Shown here: positions 48,472 to 62,393 of the stretch, piece after piece
Layout: every line of letters starts with the position of its first letter
Numbering within the stretch: position 1 is the first letter of the stretch
NCBI GenBank assembly: GCA_012295275.1
Contig: CM022665.1
Coordinates: 21,390,001-21,454,000, forward strand
Length of the DNA: 64,000 nucleotides
Direction: 5' to 3'
Source: Chrysomallon squamiferum
Taxonomy: Eukaryota > Animalia > Mollusca
Made by a program: the position numbers and the translations under genes
The notes under the pieces: generated by a model
Told to the model about the DNA's origin: nothing
Databases searched by the model: none
The model's input: the letters and a program-made list of their open reading frames with translations, nothing else

Positions 48472-49662
48472 GCAGCACCTGGTGTGTTAGCGTTATATTC
48501 CTTTTAATTTAATATATGTATGTGTATATATATATATATATATATTATAAAATATTCAAAAGTTAATATAGATTAATGTTTTGACATATGTATATTTATA
48601 TTTGATTGACAGCGATTTTGATAAAAATAAAGAAAAAAGAAAAGAAGAAAACAATTAAAATGCCAAACTTTTTCCCTGGACTTCTGACCTTGGTTTACTC
48701 TGCCATTGTATTTGTTTTCTCAGGATTTTTTAAGAACTGAATTAAAAGTTTGTTTTGTTTGTAGGTATGTACTGTATTTATTTTGTCATTAAAATAAAAG
48801 AAATGTATCATCTAAGTATGAATATTTTCTCATAATCACTGCGGATGTTTTTCTTATTTTATATTTCTAGTAGAATTAATTACTTTCATTTATTTCATAT
48901 TTATTTTAGTCTGTTATTTATTTATTTATTTTATTTATTATAAAATGCCAAATTTTGAAAATTTAATAAAACTGTATTTCTATCTTTTGTAATTTTCTTA
49001 TTTTCTGAAACAAATATATTTTTTAAACAATTTATACACCGTAACTTTTATATATTCTCAGTTTTTCTTTCTTATTTCACTGACATATCTCAGTTATAAT
49101 TTTACCTCATCTCGTTGTTATTTCTTAGAATTTAAGTAACAATACATTACAAAGAATTCAAGATATGCGTGAGGGTTCTTTGAAATCGAAACTCTAAGTT
49201 GTAATATTACGTGCCCCATACATGACCAATCGATTGTAACAAATGTTCGGATTAAGGATTTATTTTATAAGGTAGGGGGTTCAGGTTAAATGCGTTTATC
49301 TGTGAAGAACAAGGGGAAAGATAAAGTGTATTTTTATGATCACCACCCTATTCTGTTTTGTAAAGTAAAAGTTAAATGTCGTTTTATATCTGTTGTATAC
49401 GATGCGTAACTCTGAGCCGGACAAAATAAAATATTAGTATGTATAATAATTATTATCTGTAAGATTTAATCGTCATTTTCTGTAGTAATAAGATTGTTTT
49501 TAATTATTTGCGTGTGTAAGTTGTGTGTATTACTACTAGTGTATATTTATAAAACGTCTTCAGTTTAAAAATATATTTTAGTATAAAGTACTTACATATT
49601 ATTTATATTGATATTGTTATTATTACAGTTATTCTTATCATTATTATTAGTTATTATTCTTA

Positions 49663-49712
<50 letters not shown>

Positions 49713-50283
49713 GCGTTTCAAATATTCAGTTTCACTTTTCTTTTTTTTCTTTTTTTTCTTTTTTTTTTACCTTTCTTTCTCCTTTCTTCGCCTTTTTATT
49801 CTTTAAAACTCTTCAGAATAGTTCCGCTGATAGTACACCGAATGGTACCTCTATGAGTTAATACGGTCGTACTACATTCATGTTTACGATGTTTTTAAAA
49901 AATAAATACCAAAAATATTTTGAATAAAGCATGTATATAAAATTTGGATTTCATTTTTCAATTCGTAAAAGAAGATAGAAGAATCAAACAAATAAATAAA
50001 TAATAATAATAATAGTAATAATAATAACAACAACAAATTAGTTTATTGGCTTTCTTTATTTTTCTTTGAAAGAAGAAAAAAGATTAAAAGTGAGAAAAAA
50101 ATATAAATGAAGAAGAAAGAAAGATCTAAGATTTAAAACGCTTTACATTAACCTATCTCCTTGTATCATAACTATAAATAGCACACGTTTTCGTTTCTAC
50201 ATGCACATAGAAAAACGTAGGTAAAATGTGAAATAAATATAGGAAATAATTATTATTGGTACTCATTAAATGCAAGAGCAGGC

Positions 50284-50285
<2 letters not shown>

Positions 50286-50375
<90 letters not shown>
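50286..50375. repeat. (AAT)n-(ATT)n head-to-head palindrome
   Basis: Perfect inverted repeat with no spacer, centred at 50338/50339. Confidence 0.9.
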
Positions 50376-50944
50376 CCAATAGCTACAAAAGTGACTTTGC
50401 TGGTCCGTTGATAAATTAATAATTCAGTTTGTACTCTCGTCTGCGTTAGACAATGTAATGAAGAAGGTTTTTACAAACTGGCAAGCGACCACTGATTTTG
50501 TTCAGTGTACAGTGTGTATATAAAATATAACATGTTATTATCATAATAACGGGTCTGAGGCGAAACCTTGCGGCTTCACCGATTTTCAAAATGATTAAGG
50601 ATGCATGAAGATTTTTTTTTTTCCTCTCCCTATTCTGCATAAAGCTTAATAACACACGTAATTCGACTATTAATTTTATCCTTGTTCTTCGTTGTATGAA
50701 CAAAAAGGTGAAATTATGATTTTACTTTTAATAATCAAAAGAAAGAAAAAATATATTAAAGTTTGGGAATAAATTGTTAAATAAATGGGAGAAAAAATCT
50801 TTAAAAAAGAAAAGAAAGAAAGAAAGAAACAAAAAAATATATAAAAAAAAAAAAAATAAAAAAAAAAAAAAAAAAAAAAAAAAATGAAGGAATGAAAGAA
50901 AAAGAAAAGTAAAACAGAAAAGAGGTCATGAATTTCTTCCTTTC

Positions 50945-51300
50945 AAATGTTTGACGAGAAAGTCACGTGATTATTATGACCACGTGCCTCGAGCTAATCT
51001 AATCGTCTGCAATCATCTTCATTTCTGTATGTCCGTCAGCTATTGTCTGAAGTTAATGATCTGCTGCTAAAGTTCTGGTTTAATTTGCTTCACAAACATG
51101 GCGGCTTAGAAGAAAAATGGTTAAAGACGTTTGTAAGTCACACGTGAGGACTTGACATGGCTGGCCGGACAATTGACTGGGTACTGGCGATTTGCTTGGC
51201 TGACCAAAGGAACACAGAGCGGATCGACACCGCACGAGGCGAAACATCTTTTCGAAAGAAGTCGCGTGGCGAATTTGTGTCACGCGCTTACTTGTTACTG
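50945..51300. promoter_or_regulatory. CpG-rich non-coding island, candidate enhancer upstream of PRDM13
   Basis: Three CACGTG E-boxes (~50964, ~50981, ~51141), homeobox-like TAATC and Sox-like ATTGT/ACAAT motifs; no credible ORF. Confidence 0.4.
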
Positions 51301-51409
51301 TTATCTGTTTTTATTCAATTTTAGTTTTGACCGGGACTTAAACAAAACTGAAACCGAGGAATTAAAAATAAATAAAAGATTACCTAGAACGATAGGATAA
51401 TAATAAAAC

Positions 51410-51603
<194 letters not shown>

Positions 51604-53074
51604 GCACTATTAGATAATTTATTTAAACGAGTGGAGAAAATCATTCCTAGTTACTGTCGCATAAAGTGACAGTAAAATAAGACTCAAATGAGATACAAAC
51701 AAATAACTTGTTAACATATACATTCACACAAAGACACAGTTACTGCAACATTTCATAATGTACCGTTCACCATATTCAACATGATCTTTCAAACCCTACT
51801 CCAAAACAGTTCAAAGTGACAGTCACACTACTTAAAAACAAAGTTACCATCTGGTGCGACTGGAGTCGGAAATCTTGACTTTTATAAAGAATAAAAACCT
51901 ATAGCAATCATTTGGTCGTTGTTTGCTCTTCATCATCTTCAGTCAGACAGCCATTAACGGTGTTGCTAAGTTTCGGAGTGGAAGCGGGGAGATCACACGA
52001 GTTACCTGAGTCGGCACACTTACATGAAACTTGTTAGTTAAATACCGCGTCGGCGGAGATGAATGTACGTCTTTCATGAACGTCAATCACAAAATGATCT
52101 TTGGAGCGAACGAAATAAGAATAGTCTTAAGTACTGCTTTCAGATTTAAAAATAAATAAATATATGCTTACTAACACAGAGAAAAAAACAAGAGAGATAA
52201 GGAGGAAGAGAGATGTAGGTACGCACTGAGAGAGAGAGAGAGAGGTGCGTAAATACATACAGAAATAAAATAAAAGTGGAGATATTTGACAGATTAGTGT
52301 AGAATGAAAAACTAACTCAGTGGTGTTTGTGTATATCATCTGTCTATCCACACACACACACATACACACATGTACACACATATATATAGACACAATATTA
52401 AACAAAAAACCCAAATGAAATCAGATCTTATATTGATTTACTAGAAACACGTTTTCTTTTTCCCATGCTTTATAACCCGCAGCGGTTTTCGTATATCATT
52501 AAAACAAAAAAATCTGGGTTTTTTTTTTTTTCTCTCTTCTGTTTTAATTCTGTCAAAAACAAACCCCCAAAACTCAACACACACCATAACATTTTACGGT
52601 TTCGTATTTTATTTTATTTTTATTTTTTTACCGCGGACAGTCTTGTCAAAAGAAATTTGACACTGATTCTAAACAACCGTTTTTTCCTCATCACACGATA
52701 TACGTTGCGTCTTGTCTAATTACTGTATTGTAAATCGCCAGCATGGGGTGTTTTTTTCCCTAATTCTAAATAATAATCATAAAAGCTGATAATTTGTCTG
52801 AAAGCCGATCGCTGGTCTGATGTGTGTCGGGTGTAAATGATAGGGTTTCGTTAAGATGCGCGGAAGGTGTTCCGGCGGAGAACCGTTTAGATGCCGATCC
52901 ATGAGAACCGTATCACCCGTTCAACACATGTTGGCTACCCGAGACCAAAAGGAAGTGACATCATGCTGTCGTTTAAGATAATAACGTTATGTTTAGAATG
53001 AAAAAAGAAAAAGAAAGAAAAGTTTAATGCAAGATTTTTTGAAATAATAATATAAGTTTGTTACACCTTTTAGA

Positions 53075-53147
53075 AGATAGATAGATATAGACAGATATAG
53101 ACAGATAGATATATGGATAGAAAGATAGATAGATAGACAGAAGATAG

Positions 53148-53235
<88 letters not shown>
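53075..53235. repeat. (GATA)n/(TA)n/(GA)n compound microsatellite
   Basis: Directly visible. Confidence 0.95.
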
Positions 53236-53238
<3 letters not shown>

Positions 53239-54049
53239 TTAATTTTAACCTGACCTGAATAGTCAAATCTCACTGATTTCTTTAGAGGGAAATCAGATTT
53301 TGTTGTTTTTGTTGCAAATTCATCTAGGGGAATTATAAAAAAATATATCATTTATCATGTCTGATTTTTTATGGATTTCTTTATAATTGTATATATAAGC
53401 ATACAATAAAAGCATTTTATATTTCACTGCTTGTTTTAATTTATTATTATTTTTTATTTTTTATTTATATATTTATCTGCAATTTATCTGTAATATATAT
53501 TTATGGATTACATTTATTTCATCAATTTATGGAGTAGGTACTGATAATTTACATGAAATGCACAGAATTAAAAAGGTTTTATTTTATTATATAAGCCTGA
53601 CGTCTGCAAGAGAGAGAAAGATTACAGAGTAAAAACGACGAAACCAATACTCAATAAAGAAGAAGAAAGAAAGAAAGAAAATATTCATCTTTTCAACAGC
53701 ATGTGCGGCTGAAAATGACTGAAGTTACAGCTGAACGGGTCAGTATCAGGACAGCATCACTGAGTAAGACAAAGAAAACAATTCCATTAAAACATTAATC
53801 CTGTATCAGTCACTGGTATATCACAAAGCAGGCAGGTATGTTAACGTTCGATATATCAGAGGAACAAATTCGACATTCAACGCCTTTTTTTTTTTTTTTT
53901 TTCAAAGAAGAATCCAAGATAAAATGATCCTCGATTGATATCTTTACTTAAAACGCAAGCTTCACTGCAAGAAAATAGAACGATTTTAATTTTTAAAGCA
54001 TGATGCTCAACTTTAGAACATGTTGATATAAACTACACGAGAAACAACG

Positions 54050-54475
54050 GTGCGTACATCAATTATGCGGTTTAGCGTAACGGCATGTTTAAAAACTCGA
54101 TGATCCTTAATCGCTGATACGTCGATAATAGGGATCAACATAACGGTATCTTTAAAACGTCTGTGATTCATAATTGCCGATACGTTGAATATGCTGATCA
54201 ACGTAAAGGTAAATAACATCTTTAAAAACTCGGTGATTCTTAATCGGTGATACATCGGCTACACGGATCGACGTAACGTTTTCTTTAAAAAAAAAACGTA
54301 CGTCGATTATACCAATCAACCTGATGGTATCTTTAAAAACTCAGTTATTAATCGTTGGTACGTCAGTTGTAAAGATTAGCATAACAACCGCATCTTTGAA
54401 ATCTCGGCGATACTGAATCACTGGTTATGACGGATCAACGGAACGTTATCTTTAAAAACTCGACGATTTAGAATC
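54050..54475. repeat. ~62-bp CpG-retaining minisatellite, about 7 degenerate units
   Basis: Recurrent GATACGTCGAT..GGATCAACGTAACGGTATCTTTAAAAACTCGGTGATTCTTAATCG. Confidence 0.8.
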
Positions 54476-54811
54476 ATTCGATAATAAACTGTTACAAGCA
54501 GTAGTTACACACAGTTATTTACAAAACTAATACTGAATGCCAGAGGGTACGGGTATCAGTAATCCCTAACAAAACCTCAAAATAGTGAGGCACCTTTATG
54601 ACAAAGAAATAAAACGTACACGGTATTTAAATTACATTTTAAAATTACATCCAGAATGCTGAAATTAAAACATTTAAAGCCCACAGCAAAATCAGCGCTC
54701 TCAAGAAACAGTGTAAATGAATAAAACTAATCTTTAATAAATGTTATACCAATATTTGCATGTATTTTATTTTTATATGTGAATAGTTTCAGCCTAAATG
54801 CACGCACCCAG

Positions 54812-54820
<9 letters not shown>

Positions 54821-54878
<58 letters not shown>
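54821..54878. repeat. (CA)n microsatellite
   Basis: Directly visible. Confidence 0.95.
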
Positions 54879-54879
<1 letters not shown>

Positions 54880-55168
54880 CAGCCTACGCGTTGTATAATC
54901 GCTATCACTGGTATATATACCTTTCTATGTGGTTGATACTGTTAATATATAAATATTGTTGTAAAATATAATATAATTATATTATATTTATGTATTATGA
55001 ATATTATCTCCTGTTATGTATTAGATAATATTCATAATACATAAGTTTATGTTACATATTAATTACTTTTATGATGTTGTATGTATGTGTTTATTTTATA
55101 CTCTGTGTTGTGTTTATTAAATCAAATGAGGATGAAGATGATGATGATGATGATGATAATAATAGTAG

Positions 55169-55200
<32 letters not shown>

Positions 55201-55289
55201 ATAAGTGAAGTATCATATACTACTAATAATATTATATACTTTTAATTTTCTCAAGCTGTGTATTTACATACTGTTTTAATTTGCATACA

Positions 55290-55490
55290 GTCGGGGCTCG
55301 TTTACTTGGGGCGATTTAAATATAGTTTTAAAAACTCACTGCTTAGTCGTTGATTAATTAGAAACACCGCCCAGGCACGTGTCATTGGTCCCCCGTACAA
55401 CTTTTCTCCTTCACTGCGCATGCCCGCACGCGAACAAGCAGCGCGTGAGCTATCCTCGAGATTTGACAAAAGTTAAAATTATAAGACGGA
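55290..55490 (+). promoter_or_regulatory. PRDM13 proximal promoter
   Basis: CpG-rich; GC-box CCGCCC (~55367), E-box CACGTG (~55376), reverse CCAAT (ATTGG ~55384), NRF1-like TGCGCATGC (~55415), TATAAG (~55480), 170-370 bp 5' of the ATG. Confidence 0.55.
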
Positions 55491-55567
55491 ATTCAAATAA
55501 TGTTTAACAGCTGTGGACAGCAAACTTTTTCACACACATATGCAAAAATAATTTTTTTTTTTCTTCT

Positions 55568-55601
<34 letters not shown>

Positions 55602-55660
55602 GTCCCTAAGAAAAGATAACAGCAGTCGAAAATCGGTTCATTTTATTCTTGACTTTCGTA

Positions 55661-58514
55661 ATGACAACAGAAGTTAGTTTTTGCAGTAGGGCGTTGCCTG
55701 GTAGCTCCCAGAGCCTTACTGGTGTGATAGCCGGGTCGGATCTACCTTCTCTTGTAACCATTGGACCATACCCCGCGGACGTGCCTATTGGTGTTAATAC
55801 AACAGACGAACATATTACAAAGTACAGATTACACGTGAGTGTTGTGAATTTTTTACAAAATAGATACGTATTTCAGGTATCTTTCTGTTTTATTTTTTTA
55901 TTTTTTTTTATTGTTTTTTTAAATAGAGTGAATATCACTGATCACGAAATAACTGAAATAGCAATGATAAATGTGATGATAATGATCCTGATCACCGTGA
56001 TGATAATGATAATGATAATAATACATATTTTTGATATTAGCTGAACTAATTTAAATAAAAGCAAGGAATGTTTTCATTTTTTATTTTATTTTTAAGAGTA
56101 CAACAACTATTACTAATTGTTATTATCATTATTATAATTAGTTTAATAATAATAACTACTAATGCTACTACTATAATAATGATGATGATAATATTTTAAA
56201 TGTTAGCTGAAATAATTTAAATAACGATTGATGAATGTGATGATAATGATAATGATAATAATATTTCTTAATATTTGCTGCAATAATTTAAATAATGATG
56301 AATGTAGTGATAACCATAATGATAATCATTTTTTATTTCTATATTAGCTGAAATAATTTAGATATAAAAAGTAATATAACTGAGGTAATAGTAACAATAG
56401 TAGAAGTAATAATGAGATAAACCATATTAACAGCATTATTAATAGACATAGCTGTAGAAGTATTTGTAGCAGTTGTAATCGTCCTCATAGTATTATAAAC
56501 AGTAACAACAAAACTAGTGAATATAGTGGTAATAGTAGCAACAACAGTAGTAGTAATAGTCTCCGTCTTTATTGTGCCAATAGCAGAAGTAGTCGTAATA
56601 GAGTACTATGAAGAGCCTAAAAAATAAGAATAGTAAAAGCAGTAGCATCAATAGCAGTAGCAGTAGAGGTAGCAGTGGTAGTAGTAGTAGTAGTAGAAGT
56701 AGTAGTAGTTGTAATAGTAATTTAGGTATTAATAATGCTATTAATCAATATAATATAGTAGAAATGGTAGTAGTAACAATAGTAGTAATAGTCGTAGTAG
56801 TAATATTAATTTGTTATTGTCTTGATATATTAATGACAGATGTTTCTTCTTCATCTTACTACTGCTATTACTAGTGCTACTGTTACTACAGCTACTAATT
56901 ATTCTGCTACTGCTATTACGACTACTACTACTACACTACTACAACTACTAATAATACCACCGTAAAAGCCTCTTTATTATCGCTACCGAATTAATTTAAA
57001 ATAATAATAATAATAATAACAACAACAACAACAACAGCAATAATAATAAATAAATAAATAAATAGTCGCCAAATTTTTAAATTATAAACTATATCAATTT
57101 TCTTTGGATATTAGATCCATTTTCCTTTTTCGCCTAATCCAGCTACTACTGCTACTACTATTACAACTATCATCACTACAATTCATACTGTTATTGTATT
57201 AGTACGACTAACAATACGCACTTGCTTAGGACATTAAGGGAAAGGGGCACCGCAGAAATTTTTCCATAGACGGATTTTCCAACAACCATTTTAAAGTATT
57301 TCATTAACCTCTAATATAATAAATATACTTTAGAATGATATACATTAAAATAATAACTAGTATGTTTTGAGGATCTGACCAAACACTTTGCAATTAAAAA
57401 AATAAAAAAATAAAACTTTACAAATGTAAATATAGTGGAAAGTACATAAAAATAAACACTATATCACAGCTTACTGTAAGTTTTGTTTCCTTTCGAAAAA
57501 ATTAATATTATTTTATGAATTATTATTGTTTTTATTTTCAGTTAAATACAAATGGGGAACCAAAATCGTTTTATTGCATAGGGCCTCTGAATGTCTTAAT
57601 TCAGCCCTGCTTACAATTAGGGAGGGGGGAGAGAAAAGCGATTTCAAAACTAAAATAAAATAAAAAAAAAAAAAAAAAAAAAAAAAAAAGAAGTAAATAA
57701 AAAAAATAAACACCACCTAATCCCACCATCACTGTATAATTAAAATATATTGATGTTTTATTGTAATTAAATTGACTGCTGAAAACATTTCATACGGATT
57801 AGCGTTTTGTTTATCTTGAAGACGTCGTCAAGAAGATAGTTTTTCTTTGAACACTTTGAAACCGTTTCGCGTTAGCCATCTCGACACCGATCTCCCAAAC
57901 AGCGACAACGCGCCTCGCACGTGCTGTCCCTGGCGGGCGTCCAATGAGAAGGGGGACGATGTTCGCCGTGGACATGATAAACCCGTTGTGTTCTACCGCT
58001 GATGCATGAAGTCAACAGTGATCCGACACTTTCCATAATGAACACTGTCACTGTAATCACAATGAATTAAACACGCTGAAAACAGAAAAGATGGAAACAT
58101 TAAACCAATTTTTACGCGTGTTTGTCTCGTACGCGGAAAGTCACCATGTCAATTTGTCAGTAAACAATTGGGGAAAAGGTAGCGCCTTGTCGTCGCATAC
58201 ATGCTTTGTAACAACCAGGTGAAACTGTAATAACACAATACATTTGTGGTTTCATACTGATTTTAAAATTATTTGTCATGATCTTTGGCCAGTACTTTTA
58301 AACTCTGAATATAAAATTTAAATAGAAGTCTCAATATCGAATTAAATATTCTATTTGTAAATTAAGTTAGATATATTGTTAGAAAGTATAAATGTTTTTT
58401 TATTATTATTATTATTTTTTTTTTTGTTTTTGTGTTTGAAATTTAATACATAAACATTTGTACAAACTGTAGTTAAAAACTAATTTTAATAGATTATTAT
58501 TATTATTACTGTTA

Positions 58515-58555
<41 letters not shown>

Positions 58556-58962
58556 GTCGTCGTCGTTAATTTTATTTATTTATACGTTTGTTACTGTTAA
58601 TTTGTAGTTTTTGTTAATTGTTCAGTTCTATTTATATAATCATTAACGTCGTCGTTACTGCTGCTATTCAATTGTGTTTATTTATATATTTACTGTTAGT
58701 GTAGTTGTTTTCACTTTTATTTAATAATATTTATTTGCTATTATTATTGTTATCATTATTATTTACTTCTTTACTCTCCTATCTTTTTTCTTTTCATCTT
58801 TATAATGACTGATACGGTTAGTTATTCATTATTTCAGTAATAGTGGTTTAGGTAGTAATAAGACAGACACACGCACACGCATAAAGAGAGAAATAAAAAA
58901 TTGAATGTGTATGTAAGTGTATATATGTTTGAGTGTATGCATATTTCAGTGTGTGTGTGTGT

Positions 58963-59039
<77 letters not shown>

Positions 59040-60585
59040 CCAGAAACGTACTATTATGAATAAGGAAATCGGCCAACAGTGAGAAGAAAAGAACGGATGG
59101 AACAAGGTGATAAAGTAGTGGTAGTAATGAAAGAAGCAGCTGTATTAGAGATGATGTCGTATGTTTATATATATATATGTTCTCTCTGCAGTGCTAAAAC
59201 AATAAAAAAAAATTACAAAAAAAAAAAAAAAAAAAAAAATTAAGTTTTTGACGCATAACCACTTAAACAAAGGCAAAAGGTGTTCTTAGACAATTATTCA
59301 TTCATTAGTGAAAAAATAAAAAAAAATAATAAAAAGAAACTCTTGAAGTATAAAAACAGTAACAGTTTAATATCATCAAAGATAAAAATTGTAAGTTTTG
59401 ATATCTAGAGATAAAAGTGACAACTCACAGCATCATGAGAAAAATAAAAAAGAATGAAAAAGATACTTCACTCCAACTCAGCTATTTATTAATGGCATTT
59501 TGCCCTCAATTATTCGATTAAACTCGGGTTTATAAGTTAAAAAGCTCGTTTACAAATCACAAAACGCTGATCATATCTGCTTCGCTTATCTCAACACTTC
59601 TTTCTTAAACAAACATGAACGGAGAACAAAAAAATACTTGACCACCCGTTACCCCGGTAACAGGAGAACCTCGTGCGCGCGTGGTCTTGTATTGTCCTGG
59701 AAATCTCTAATTATCGCTGGTTATAAAACATGATAGTCAAATGCTGTTAACATACAAACTGTTCACACCATTAAGACGGACACTTTTTAATGTGTTTGCT
59801 GTATTGAAAGTGAGGGCGAATGGGATAAACTGATTTTTTTCTACTGTTTTTTTTATTATTATTTTTTTTAACAAAGGATTCTGACATCTAGGTGTTCTGT
59901 TGTCCGAAATTTAATCTTAGATGTATTTACTACAGTCTGTAATTTTTATTTTCTTCTTATTTCATTTGGTTTCATGAGCTTTTCTGATATTTTCGAATGT
60001 TGGTTGTATGAGTAATTAAAATTCTTTTAAGTCAATATCTGAATATAGTAGATCCCTATTAGTTTATTAGTAATAAACTTAATATTAGTGAATATTCTTT
60101 TATCTATTTATTTATTTGTTTCTTTGTTTTTATAGACACGTTCCTCATCAGTTCTCTATCTTTGTCTTTCATTCTATTGTCTCTGTTATAAAATAATATT
60201 GTCTTAGTGAAAAAGCACGCTTGTGTCAGTGAACTAGTATTTTAATAAGTCATATAAAAAATAACACAGTACAGTTTGTATAAAGATAAGAAATAACTGA
60301 CGTCACTGAATACTACCATTACTTCTACTTCTACTACACACTACAAATAATAATAATAATTAAACAAATAAACAAATAAATAAATAAAATAAAATAACTA
60401 AATTAAATTAAATTAGTGAAATAAAATAAAATAAAATAAAATAAATAAATAAATTAAAAATAAATATATAAATGAATATACAAATAAATAAATAAATAAA
60501 TAAATAAACGCTCGCAAGAATTAGCAGCAAAATATATTAACTATATATTTAATATGAAGACAGGGCGGTACTACCACATTCTATT

Positions 60586-60624
<39 letters not shown>

Positions 60625-62346
60625 TTAAGAAATGATGAGAACTTTGGTTATTGAACTCTTGCGAAATTTTAAAGTCCAATGGAATATATATATATTTTTT
60701 TCTTAAATAATATACAGGTCCATTTTGAAGACGGTCGACTACTTCTGAAAAATGATGTCACAAACGAATGGCCCCGTCATCTACATCCTTGTGTAGACGT
60801 CACAAAACATTGGCCACAGTTGATTCAGCCTGCACGTGACCGGCACGAGCAGAACGTGGAAGCGTATCGCGACGACAGGGACAATGTGATGTTGCGCGTG
60901 CAGAGACCAATCTGCAAGAACGAAGAACTACTCGTCTGGTACAGCGATGACCTAGCCAGATGTGTGGGAATTCCTTTCTTGACTCCTGATAACATCAGAG
61001 GTGAACTTATACATACACGCACGCACATACGTACGCAAAAATACACACAAATACACACAAATTGAGACATACATACATACAGTTAAAAGTGTCAAAAAAG
61101 AAATGAATAATAATCATGTTACCATTCATTTCTTATAAACAGGTACGGAAATAAGATTTTCCCCTTCCTTCACTAATTTACTGTTTTTTTTTTTTTTTTT
61201 TTTAAATTTTCCCCATCAGGAAACCAGGAGTACAGATGTTCAAAATGTCACAAAACATACAGATATCCAAACACCCTGAAAGCTCACATTCGATTTCGAT
61301 GTTCTGTGACGCAGAAACAGAACGAGCAGGTCAGAATGAATTGTGTGACGTCATTTAAGGACGAGATGGGTGTACAAAGTCACTCATCACCGCTTCCTCC
61401 AATGGGAGCCTTTCTTCACAGACGCTGTACTCCACCGATTCTAGACAGCTGGTACTCGACGAAGAGAAAGAGAAATACCCTTTTACTATCGGAATTATCC
61501 GCATTTAAGCCGCACCGTGCTGAACGTGACTCGGCAGAAACTGAACCAGATTCCACCACTGTACAAAGCTCGACGTCTCCTGGCAAAGATTCCGCGGTTT
61601 TAAATTTGTCAACACGAGACCACAGCAATACAGCATCTGTCTCTAGCATGCCCCTGTCTCTTCAGTTATGGAAGCCGTTTCATCAGCCAGCGATACCAAT
61701 AACCGTTGACGCCCTGACTTTGTGCTATCCGTATTTAGAGAACATTCAAAGACATAACACACTTCTGTGCTCTTCCGAGCAGACGACATCTCTAAACAGG
61801 TTGGCCTCTCGCAGTATCTCCACGTACCATCAACTTCTGGCGACACCTGGAATGAACGCAAGTGCTGGGTTAGGACAACATGGCTGTCAAGATAAAACAT
61901 GCACTAACGCGCATTCAGCGTCCAACTTTAGCTTTCCGCTTCCGTCGGAACAGGAAGGGGAGCCATTAGATCTTCTGCCGAGATCGTTGTATTTGAGCAA
62001 ATCGAGGAAAGGGCATCTGTGTATATACTGCGGTAAATTATACTCTCGTAAATATGGCTTGAAAATTCACCTGAGGACTCATACTGGCTACAAACCTCTC
62101 AAATGTAAGGTTTGTTTGCGTCCTTTCGGTGATCCGAGTAACTTGAACAAGCACGTTCGTCTGCACGCGGAAGGGGACACGCCATACAGATGTCAGTACT
62201 GCGGCAAGGTTCTCGTGAGAAGACGAGATCTTGAACGTCACGTGAAATCTCGCCACCCACAGGAAGCGGAGCTAAAGGAAACAATGATTGACAGCGTGGA
62301 TACAACCACTGAGAACGTTGAAACTGATCAAATCACTGTGGTCTGA
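55661..62346 (+). CDS. PRDM13: PR domain zinc finger protein 13, ~527 aa
   Basis: Exons 55661-55834, 60718-61000, 61220-62346 (1584 nt). PR/SET motifs IGPYP, WPQLIQPARDRHEQNVEA, NEELLVWYS; ZF1 YRCSKCHKTYRYPNTLKAHIRFRC; C-terminal triple ZF GHLCIYCGKLYSRKYGLKIHLRTHTGYKPLKCKVCLRPFGDPSNLNKHVRLHAEGDTPYRCQYCGKVLVRRRDLERHVKSRHP, diagnostic of PRDM13. Confidence 0.95.
57820..58225. promoter_or_regulatory. CpG-rich island in PRDM13 intron 1, candidate cis-regulatory element
   Basis: High GC/CpG; CACGTG (~57918), CCAAT (~57941), CAGGTG (~58216); no in-phase splice-bounded exon found. Confidence 0.4.
58950..59033. repeat. (TG)n(GA)n microsatellite
   Basis: Directly visible. Confidence 0.95.
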
Positions 62347-62354
62347 CCAGTTTG

Positions 62355-62393
<39 letters not shown>

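Noticed and set aside
57215-57610. Possible MITE with right end ..TTAATTCAGCCCTG
   Set aside because: No matching left terminus found
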